25,374 nucleotides of DNA, taken from a virus. Lineage: Duplodnaviria > Caudoviricetes. The stretch is from positions 1 to 25,374 of IMG/VR virus record IMGVR_UViG_3300035148_000299. One strand, 5' to 3'. The notes under the pieces were generated by a model. The model saw only the letters and a program-made list of their open reading frames with translations, was not told the DNA's origin and searched no databases. Shown here piece by piece: positions 10,322 to 16,634 of this stretch (position 1 is the first letter of the stretch; every line of letters begins with the position of its first letter). Position numbers and translations under genes: made by a program.

Positions 10322-10639
10322 ATGTCTTTTGAAAAAACGTATGACATCTACCGGTTTATTTTTGCTTTGATTGCATCTGTAGTGTTCGTCTGGAGTCTTA
10401 TTTCTGGCGATGACTTCAATTACCAGATTCCTCTGTTTGGGATGCTCCTGCTTACGTTGTTGTATTTCTGGTTTGCTTTGAAGGCGAAGCAGTTCTTCAG
10501 CAAGAATGTTTATGGAGGAGAGTTCATCATCATTGGCATTGAGGGTTCTGAGCGGGCAGTTACTCTAGACATGGAGTTCGATCCCTTGGAATTGAAGAAT
10601 TTCCGCTACGTGACTTTTGGAATCAAGAAGTCATATTAA
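10322..10639 (+). CDS. Two-TM membrane protein (holin candidate)
   Basis: RBS AGGAG. Two hydrophobic segments (FIFALIASVVFVWSLI and IPLFGMLLLTLLYFWFAL). Last gene of the tail module. Holin role is inference only. Confidence 0.5.
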   Translation: MSFEKTYDIYRFIFALIASVVFVWSLISGDDFNYQIPLFGMLLLTLLYFWFALKAKQFFSKNVYGGEFIIIGIEGSERAVTLDMEFDPLELKNFRYVTFGIKKSY

Positions 10640-10640
10640 C

Positions 10641-10680
10641 TCGCGTAGGTTACACGTAGTTAAATGAACCTACGAAAGGA
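10641..10680 (+). promoter_or_regulatory. Cassette upstream element B1 (degenerate)
   Basis: TCGCGTAGGTTACACGTAGTTAAATGAACCTACGAAAGGA aligns with the other B copies. Confidence 0.65.
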
Positions 10681-10685
10681 AATCT

Positions 10686-10973
10686 GTGAACCTCAAGAAA
10701 CAACCGGAACAGAAATCTGATCTTGACAAGGCGATCGATCGTCTTTTCGATGACTTGCAGACGCATGATCCCGAAACGGATAAGTACGCCGCCATTGTTA
10801 CACAGCTCGAAAAGCTGTACACGCTGAGATGCAATTCGAAACCAGCCACTGTCAGCAAAGATACTCTGTATATTGTCGGCGGAAACATCATCGTCGCGCT
10901 CATCATCGTGAGCTTCGAGAAAACGCATGTGATCACCACCAAGATGATCTCGTTCCTCTTGAAACTTCGTTGA
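10686..10973 (+). CDS. Cassette 1 cargo: small protein with C-terminal hydrophobic segment
   Basis: GTG start after GAAAGGA. 95 aa with TM-like LYIVGGNIIVALIIVSF. Confidence 0.75.
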   Translation: MNLKKQPEQKSDLDKAIDRLFDDLQTHDPETDKYAAIVTQLEKLYTLRCNSKPATVSKDTLYIVGGNIIVALIIVSFEKTHVITTKMISFLLKLR

Positions 10974-10994
10974 ACCATAGCCCCTGAAAGGTTT

Positions 10995-11051
10995 CCTAGA
11001 AGGCATGTATTAGTCTAAAAAACTTTTACATGCCTTCTAGGCTTTTCATTT
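10995..11051 (+). terminator. Intrinsic terminator with a 15-bp perfect stem
   Basis: CCTAGAAGGCATGTA (10995-11009) / TACATGCCTTCTAGG (11027-11041), followed by CTTTTCATTT. Confidence 0.75.
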
Positions 11052-11077
11052 TGTATTGAAGTTTTTGCTTGGGTTTT

Positions 11078-11122
11078 TCGCGTAGAAAACATGCATTATA
11101 ATGAAGAACCCAACTGAAAGGA
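11078..11122 (+). promoter_or_regulatory. Cassette upstream element B2
   Basis: TCGCGT 11078, TATAAT 11097-11102, GAAGAACCCAACTGAAAGGA. Confidence 0.8.
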
Positions 11123-11128
11123 ACCCTC

Positions 11129-11335
11129 ATGTTTAAGAACAAAGAGGTTCGTGTCCGAGTTGTACCTACGAACTATCAGGATAACAGCCTCGCAAAACCC
11201 AATCCTTCGCTGAGCGTTACACAAATCAGTGTAATGATCAACGAAAAGATTGTGTTCATAGCGATCGTTGCAGCATCCATGATGGCTTTAAAGTATTTCT
11301 TGGAGACGATCTCCCATCTTATTCTGAAGATCTGA
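11129..11335 (+). CDS. Cassette 2 cargo: small membrane protein
   Basis: 68 aa with hydrophobic IVFIAIVAASMMAL. Lies between B2 and the A hairpin. Confidence 0.7.
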   Translation: MFKNKEVRVRVVPTNYQDNSLAKPNPSLSVTQISVMINEKIVFIAIVAASMMALKYFLETISHLILKI

Positions 11336-11343
11336 TCCCAATC

Positions 11344-11378
11344 AACCCTCTAAGACCCTAACACGGTCTTATGGTTTT
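11344..11378 (+). terminator. Conserved cassette hairpin A (copy 1)
   Basis: AACCCTC-TAAGACC-CTAACAC-GGTCTTA-TGGTTTT. Confidence 0.75.
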
Positions 11379-11398
11379 AAATTTTGAAAGGAACGGCT

Positions 11399-11560
11399 AT
11401 GGCAGATATTTTCTTGTGGTTGTTGTTACTAATTTTAATTTTGTTATGGACGTATTTGGCGCACTTATATCTTGAAGAGTATGTGGAAAAAAAGTACCCG
11501 ACAGAAACGGGCGACGAGTATTTCGACAATATTGAAAGGTTCCGGGATGACTTCTCTTAA
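11399..11560 (+). CDS. 53-aa membrane protein (not in ORF track)
   Basis: RBS GAAAGGA then ATG. Hand translation MADIFLWLLLLILILLWTYLAHLYLEEYVEKKYPTETGDEYFDNIERFRDDFS. Confidence 0.65.
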   Translation: MADIFLWLLLLILILLWTYLAHLYLEEYVEKKYPTETGDEYFDNIERFRDDFS

Positions 11561-11663
11561 TACAATTGATCGGTTCTTCATTCTGACCTTGCTGTTTTTG
11601 GCGAACTTGTACATTGAAGAGCATTGTGACAACATCGAAAGGTTCCGGGATGATTTCTCTTAA
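11547..11663 (+). CDS. 38-aa chimeric mini-ORF created by local duplication
   Basis: GAAAGG RBS. MTSLNTIDRFFILTLLFLANLYIEEHCDNIERFRDDFS. The N-terminus matches the start of the 11650 gene and the C-terminus matches the end of the 11399 ORF. Confidence 0.4.
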   Translation: MTSLNTIDRFFILTLLFLANLYIEEHCDNIERFRDDFS

Positions 11664-12387
11664 ACTCAAAACAATCGAGCGGTTCTTCATCGACAACAGT
11701 CCTCTTATTCTCACGGTAGTTGGTGTTGGAGGAACCGTAACTACGGCTGTTCTTGCAGGGCAAGCCTCGTTCAAGGCTGCTAAGATTCTAGAGGATTTGC
11801 ACAAGGATATTCCTAAAGAAGATCAATCCATCGAAGAAGATCTGAAAGCAGTTTGGCAGTTCTATATTCCGACAGTTGTTTTCGGAGCTTTGACTGTCTC
11901 GGCAATCGTATTCTCCAATCGAATCAGCACCCGTCGCGCCACTGCCCTTGCCGCCGCATATTCTTTGTCAGAAAGGGCTTACGCAGAATATCGGGAGAAG
12001 GTTATCGAGCGTGTCGGGAAGGCTAAAGAGGAGCAGGTACGACACGATGTAGCGCAAGCACAGGTCGACAAGAATCCTGTGACAAATGTCATATTTACCA
12101 AGGTCGAAGGAACCTTGTGTCTTGATAGTATTACAGGTCGATATTTCAAGAGCAACATCGATGTCCTGAAGCGTAAGCAGAATGAGATCAATAGTAACAT
12201 TCTAAGGAATGGCTATGCCAGTCTATACGATTTCTATAAAGAAATTGGGATCCCACCAACAGAATTCTCCGGGGAGATCGGGTGGACCGATATTTTCGAG
12301 ATCTACTTTTCAGCGACTATCACAGAAGACAACGAACCTTGTATTGTTCTTAATTATTCAGCATTGCCAATTAGAAACCTTTACTAA
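11650..12387 (+). CDS. DUF6353-like conserved phage protein, paralog 1
   Basis: GAAAGG RBS. NSPLILTVVGVGGTVTTAVLA..KA, ALAAAY..YREKV and GYASLYDFY..IG..GW motifs. Family assignment is from recognition only. Confidence 0.65.
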   Translation: MISLKLKTIERFFIDNSPLILTVVGVGGTVTTAVLAGQASFKAAKILEDLHKDIPKEDQSIEEDLKAVWQFYIPTVVFGALTVSAIVFSNRISTRRATALAAAYSLSERAYAEYREKVIERVGKAKEEQVRHDVAQAQVDKNPVTNVIFTKVEGTLCLDSITGRYFKSNIDVLKRKQNEINSNILRNGYASLYDFYKEIGIPPTEFSGEIGWTDIFEIYFSATITEDNEPCIVLNYSALPIRNLY

Positions 12388-12389
12388 AA

Positions 12390-12440
12390 TCGCAAGAATT
12401 ACACGTATTATAATGAAGAACCCAACCCTCTATAAGGAGA
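12390..12440 (+). promoter_or_regulatory. Cassette upstream element B3
   Basis: TCGCAA 12390, TATAAT 12409-12414, GAAGAACCCAACC, RBS AAGGAG. Confidence 0.75.
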
Positions 12441-12445
12441 CTGAA

Positions 12446-12673
12446 ATGGAAACCACCACCACCAGCACCCCCGTTGAGAGCACCGAGTCCAAGGACTCCA
12501 ACACCGTCTTTACGGCGAAGAACGCAGCCATTGCAACAGGCCTAACACTAGGCACCGTTGTAACTGTCCTGTTTGTCCGCAACCGAGTAAAGAAGATGAA
12601 GGAGAACATGGCGCAGGAGCTTGCAACCTGGGAAGCTATGGCAACCGTGAACACCGCCAATCCCACTGAGTGA
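12446..12673 (+). CDS. Cassette 3 cargo: 75-aa single-TM protein
   Basis: ATG after AAGGAG. Thr-rich N-terminus, TM AAIATGLTLGTVVTVLFV, then basic RNRVKK. Confidence 0.75.
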   Translation: METTTTSTPVESTESKDSNTVFTAKNAAIATGLTLGTVVTVLFVRNRVKKMKENMAQELATWEAMATVNTANPTE

Positions 12674-12683
12674 TCCCTTCAAC

Positions 12684-12719
12684 AACCCTCTAAGACCCTA
12701 ACACGGTCTTATGGTTTTT
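12684..12719 (+). terminator. Conserved cassette hairpin A (copy 2)
   Basis: Identical core, TAAGACC at 12691, followed by TTTTTCTTTTT. Confidence 0.75.
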
Positions 12720-12724
12720 CTTTT

Positions 12725-12753
12725 TCGCGTAGAAAACACCGTATATAATGAAG
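12725..12753 (+). promoter_or_regulatory. Cassette upstream element B4 (no RBS follows)
   Basis: TCGCGT 12725, TATAAT 12744-12749, GAAGAAC, then the repeat tract. Confidence 0.8.
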
Positions 12754-12823
12754 AACTTAACTTAACCATAACTTAACCATAACTTAACCATAACTTAACT
12801 TAACCATAACTTAACTTAACCAT
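12754..12823 (+). repeat. Tandem tract of AACTT (x8) and AACCAT (x5) units
   Basis: Read directly: aactt aactt aaccat aactt aaccat aactt aaccat aactt aactt aaccat aactt aactt aaccat. No G on the + strand. Confidence 0.95.
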
Positions 12824-12857
12824 AATCCTAAGACCCTAACAAGGTCTTAGGTTTTTT
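12755..12857 (+). ncRNA. Candidate ~100-nt small RNA (cassette 4 cargo)
   Basis: Perfect TATAAT upstream, no RBS or ORF, and a perfect terminator downstream. Ends are inferred. Confidence 0.55.
12827..12857 (+). terminator. Variant cassette hairpin A' with a perfect 9-bp stem
   Basis: CCTAAGACC-CTAACAA-GGTCTTAGG-TTTTTT. Confidence 0.8.
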
Positions 12858-12870
12858 ATTTGGAGGACTT

Positions 12871-13338
12871 GTGCTTAAACGAGATATTACGTTCGAAGAT
12901 CTTGACGGCAATACAGTCACCGATACATTCTACTTCAACTTGAACAAGTTGGAGCTGGTGGAAATCGAGGCTGAAACTGGCGGTCTTAGCGAGATGCTTA
13001 TGCAGATCGTGGAAGAGAAAGATGTTTCCGCCATTGTTGACGTGTTCAAGAAGATCATCCTGCTTGCATATGGCGAGCGTTCGGCTGATGGCAGGACCTT
13101 CCGCAAGAACCAGCAAATCCGAGATGACTTCGCCAACACGGATGCATTTTCCGAATTGTTTATTGAGCTAGCTACTAATGCTGATAAGGCTGTAGAATTC
13201 ATTCGGGGAATTGTCCCAAGCAATATCGCAGTTGAAGTCAATCCTGTTCAACCTCCTACGCAACCTTTGACAAAGGTTGAGGCTGAGCAGATGAGTCGTT
13301 CGGAGCTTTTGGCCGCATTGAACCGTTTGCCTGAGTAG
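12871..13338 (+). CDS. Conserved phage protein (tail-chaperone-like family)
   Basis: RBS GGAGG, GTG start. MLK..ITF.D.DG......FYFNL.K.EL and AYGERSADG..F.K patterns are recognised as a widespread phage family. Function is uncertain. Confidence 0.7.
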   Translation: MLKRDITFEDLDGNTVTDTFYFNLNKLELVEIEAETGGLSEMLMQIVEEKDVSAIVDVFKKIILLAYGERSADGRTFRKNQQIRDDFANTDAFSELFIELATNADKAVEFIRGIVPSNIAVEVNPVQPPTQPLTKVEAEQMSRSELLAALNRLPE

Positions 13339-13447
13339 TATATTTCTAGCAAGGAGGGAATTGGCCAAGGCTCGGGTTCAGCCTTACTCCGGTGGCCAAT
13401 TTTAAACGACAGCCGATAGAGTCTCCCCCGGCTAAAACATGCGCCCT

Positions 13448-13491
13448 TCGCGTAGGAAACACGGATTATAATGAGAACCCAACCGAAAGGA
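13448..13491 (+). promoter_or_regulatory. Cassette upstream element B5
   Basis: TCGCGTAGGAAACACGGATTATAATGAGAACCCAACCGAAAGGA. Confidence 0.8.
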
Positions 13492-13498
13492 AACGAAA

Positions 13499-13738
13499 AT
13501 GAACGAATCCCCAGCCTGGAACTTGACTGAAAAAGGTTTCAAGTTCGCGGTAGGCGTCGGAGTTTACTACATTGTAGACGCAGCAATCAACACCTATGTT
13601 ACCCCACTGAACATCATCGCGAAGTTCATCTTGTGGGTGACTAAGGCTGTTCTTGCTGGAGTCTTGAAGCAAGTGACCGACAAGTACCTGACAGAAATCT
13701 TCTGGCAGTTCCGGCAGCAGTATATCGCATCAGCGTAA
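13499..13738 (+). CDS. Cassette 5 cargo: small hydrophobic protein
   Basis: 79 aa with two moderately hydrophobic stretches. Lies between B5 and A. Confidence 0.7.
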   Translation: MNESPAWNLTEKGFKFAVGVGVYYIVDAAINTYVTPLNIIAKFILWVTKAVLAGVLKQVTDKYLTEIFWQFRQQYIASA

Positions 13739-13756
13739 CCACCGAACCCTTCTCAC

Positions 13757-13791
13757 AACCCTCTAAGACCCTAACACGGTCTTATGGTTTT
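13757..13791 (+). terminator. Conserved cassette hairpin A (copy 3)
   Basis: TAAGACC at 13764, GGTCTTA at 13778. Confidence 0.75.
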
Positions 13792-13807
13792 AAATTTTAG
13801 GAGAATG

Positions 13808-14443
13808 ATGGATGAATTTCCACCTAATAGTCATGTAAGCAAGCAGAAACCAATGCAACCGAAACCAGTCAAGAAGGTTGAGCGGGTTGTAGAAGGGCAG
13901 GTTCTAAGGAAGCAGAAGTCATTCGGTCGGCGATTTGCCGAGATCTTCATCGGGGGAGATGTTAAGGGCGTGGGCAGTTTTATATTCACCGAGATCATGA
14001 TCCCCGCGGCTAAGGACGCTATCGCTGATGGCATTACTCAAGGTATTGAGCGTATGCTTTTCGGTGAAGTGCGTTCTACGTCAAGGCGTCGTGGAGGTTA
14101 TCGTCCGCAGCAAGGAAACATCAATTACACAAGATACGCCAATAGGAACGCTTCTCCTCCCTTTGTCGTGATGCAACCACAAGAAAGAAAGCCCAATGCT
14201 CCGTCTACGTACGAAGATATTGTACTGGAAACGCGTGGTGACGCTGAAGCTGTTATCCACAAGCTTTACGAGTTGGTTGCTTCTTATGATGCTGCTACTG
14301 TTGCTGATCTATATGAGCTGGTTGGCATGACAGGCAGCTTTGTGGACAACAAATGGGGCTGGACTAATATTCAAGGATCTGGAGTCGAAAGAGTCCGTAA
14401 TGGATATATGTTGAGTCTTCCCGATCCTGAACCGCTTGACTGA
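13808..14443 (+). CDS. Conserved hypothetical phage protein
   Basis: AGGAG RBS at 13799 (start 13805 or 13808). C-terminal ATVADLYELVG..DNKWGWT. Confidence 0.75.
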   Translation: MDEFPPNSHVSKQKPMQPKPVKKVERVVEGQVLRKQKSFGRRFAEIFIGGDVKGVGSFIFTEIMIPAAKDAIADGITQGIERMLFGEVRSTSRRRGGYRPQQGNINYTRYANRNASPPFVVMQPQERKPNAPSTYEDIVLETRGDAEAVIHKLYELVASYDAATVADLYELVGMTGSFVDNKWGWTNIQGSGVERVRNGYMLSLPDPEPLD

Positions 14444-14455
14444 AAGGACCAATAA

Positions 14456-15364
14456 ATGTCTATTAGCACTGCAGTTACACCCGTGATCAAGATGGCCGAG
14501 CTCAAGTATGGGGCCATGAGTCTATATTTGGCGAAGAATGCACCTAAGATCCTATTCGGCGTTGGCGTGACCGGGATGATCGGGACGGTTGTTCTCTCAT
14601 CTTCCGCGACGCTTAAGGCCAGCGTTGTAATCGATAAGTACAAGGAGCGCAAGGATATTGTCCAGGAAGTCCGCTCTATGGACAGCCCGGAATATTCCGA
14701 TGACGACTATCGCAAGGATCTCGTCTACGTTTACACCGGTGTGGCTGTGGACTTGATGAAGCTGTACTGGCCGGCGGTTGCTTTGGGTGCTTTCAGCATT
14801 GCGTGTCTGACCAAGTCGCACCATATTCTCACCAGCAGGAATGCAGCTTTGACTGCAGCCTATGCAGCTATCGAGAAGACATTCGACACTTATCGGCGCA
14901 ATGTCCGAGAAACTTTCGGCGAGCGTGAGGAACTCGACGTGTACCGCAAGACGGCTCGAGATGTTGCCGGTATTGTCAAAGAGGATATTTCAGAAGGAAA
15001 GGTCGTCAAGGCAAGTCCTTCAGAATATTCAGGTTATGCTCGCTTCTTCGACGAAGGGAATCCGAACTGGTGCAAGACACCAGAGTATAACCTGATCTTC
15101 CTGCGTTGTCAGCAACAATTCGCGACGGACATGCTTCAGAGCAGAGGTCATATTTTCTTGAACGAGGTTTACGACATGCTAGGCGTTCCGAGGTCTCGGG
15201 CCGGAAGTGTTGTTGGATGGATCATCGGAAAGGACAATGACAACTATGTTGATTTCGGAATGTACGACGCGGATAAGGAACGCGCTCGCAGCTTTGTGAA
15301 TGGGGATGAACGGTCCATTCTTCTCGACTTCAATGTCGACGGAGTAATTTACGACAAGATCTAG
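14456..15364 (+). CDS. DUF6353-like conserved phage protein, paralog 2
   Basis: RBS GAAAGGA. NAPKILFGVGVTGMIGTVVLS..LKA, ALTAAYA..YR, GHIFLNEVYDMLG..VGW, LLDFNVDG. Confidence 0.7.
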   Translation: MSISTAVTPVIKMAELKYGAMSLYLAKNAPKILFGVGVTGMIGTVVLSSSATLKASVVIDKYKERKDIVQEVRSMDSPEYSDDDYRKDLVYVYTGVAVDLMKLYWPAVALGAFSIACLTKSHHILTSRNAALTAAYAAIEKTFDTYRRNVRETFGEREELDVYRKTARDVAGIVKEDISEGKVVKASPSEYSGYARFFDEGNPNWCKTPEYNLIFLRCQQQFATDMLQSRGHIFLNEVYDMLGVPRSRAGSVVGWIIGKDNDNYVDFGMYDADKERARSFVNGDERSILLDFNVDGVIYDKI

Positions 15365-15371
15365 GAGAGAC

Positions 15372-16076
15372 ATGAATACGAAACTTTTGATTTGCGGCGT
15401 TTCTGTTGTTTCATTTGCTTTGGGCGGGGTAGCTTCATATTTTGCTCTTCGCAATCAGCTCGAGGCGAAGTATATTGCTTTGGCTGATGCTGAGGTAGAA
15501 CAAGTACGTGAGCATTATGACCGCATGTTGCGCAAGCAGTCAAAGGTGGAGTCTTTTGTCAAGCCTACGATTGTTGCTCGTCCGGTAGATGTCGAACCCG
15601 AGACTATCGCCGAATATGAGGAGATGGTAAACGAATATTCTGTCGAGCCCAACGGAAAGCCTGTTGTCGATGGTGCTGCCGAGGATGATGCCGTTCTTGC
15701 ATCGATCGATGTGGAAGATTTCGAGACGATGGTGTCGAAGCGTTCCTCGGACGAACCATATTTGATCACTGCTGTTGAATTCCACAAGAATGATCGTGGA
15801 TACGAGAAGATCGACTTCACATATTTCGAGAAGGACGATGTTCTAGACGATGGCACAAGTGTTCCGATCAAGGATGTCGACGGGATTGTGGGTGTCAAGC
15901 ATCTAAGCATGTTCGGGCATTATTCGGATAACAAGGATACCGTATATGTCCGTAACGAGGAATTGGAGACTGATTTCTGCATCGGTAGAGTCCCAGGATC
16001 TTACGCAGAGATTGTTCATGGATATTTTCAGCATGACGATCGTTCGAGGGTCTTGAAATTCAGAGATTATGACTGA
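15372..16076 (+). CDS. Hypothetical protein with N-terminal membrane anchor
   Basis: RBS AGGAG. N-terminal hydrophobic segment, acidic body, EPYLI..EF and VYVRNE motifs. Confidence 0.75.
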   Translation: MNTKLLICGVSVVSFALGGVASYFALRNQLEAKYIALADAEVEQVREHYDRMLRKQSKVESFVKPTIVARPVDVEPETIAEYEEMVNEYSVEPNGKPVVDGAAEDDAVLASIDVEDFETMVSKRSSDEPYLITAVEFHKNDRGYEKIDFTYFEKDDVLDDGTSVPIKDVDGIVGVKHLSMFGHYSDNKDTVYVRNEELETDFCIGRVPGSYAEIVHGYFQHDDRSRVLKFRDYD

Positions 16077-16624
16077 TGGGAAAGATTCATGACAAGCCAT
16101 TAGATGAGTTATATCTGATCTGGCTTTACAGCAACATTGGCGTAGTCAAAGTGCAAACACCGACCAGGACCCATTGGGAACTGGTCAAGCTCTTGTACAA
16201 GACACCATTCTACTGGTCCGTATTTATGGATGAGAATCGAGCCGATGAAGGGAAGTACCTTCGCGAGGAATTCGTCGACATGTGCTATATCGACGATCCG
16301 GATCATAATTGGCTCGAGATGGACTGTTCTGTACTAGAGATGTTGATCGCTTTGGCTCAACGAGCAGCATTCGAAGATGGGGGGACTATTAGGGATTGGT
16401 TCTGGGAGATGCTGAGCAACGCAGGAATCCACATGGCCGAAACCACCGATAAGAATTTCGACAAGAATGTAGCTTCAAAAGTCGAGTTCATATTGAAGCG
16501 CGTGATGGATAGGCGTTACGGGTGGAATGGTTATGGCGGGTTCTTTCCTTTGAACCATCCCAAAGAAGATCAGAGAAAGGTTGAGATCTGGTACCAACTC
16601 AACGCCTATCTCTTGGACGAATAA
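16076..16624 (+). CDS. Conserved hypothetical phage protein
   Basis: TGATG coupling. DENRADEG..LR, CSVLEMLIALA, GGFFPL, DQRKVEIWYQ. Confidence 0.75.
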   Translation: MGKIHDKPLDELYLIWLYSNIGVVKVQTPTRTHWELVKLLYKTPFYWSVFMDENRADEGKYLREEFVDMCYIDDPDHNWLEMDCSVLEMLIALAQRAAFEDGGTIRDWFWEMLSNAGIHMAETTDKNFDKNVASKVEFILKRVMDRRYGWNGYGGFFPLNHPKEDQRKVEIWYQLNAYLLDE

Positions 16625-16634
16625 GGAGGTAAGT

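Noticed and set aside
12209-12445. N-terminal extension of the 154-aa ORF
   Set aside because: It overlaps the DUF6353-like gene and element B3. The RBS supports the ATG at 12446.
13345-13447. Possible tRNA (GGTTCA resembles a T-loop)
   Set aside because: No acceptor, D or anticodon arm arrangement can be built. Kept only as an unknown structured element.
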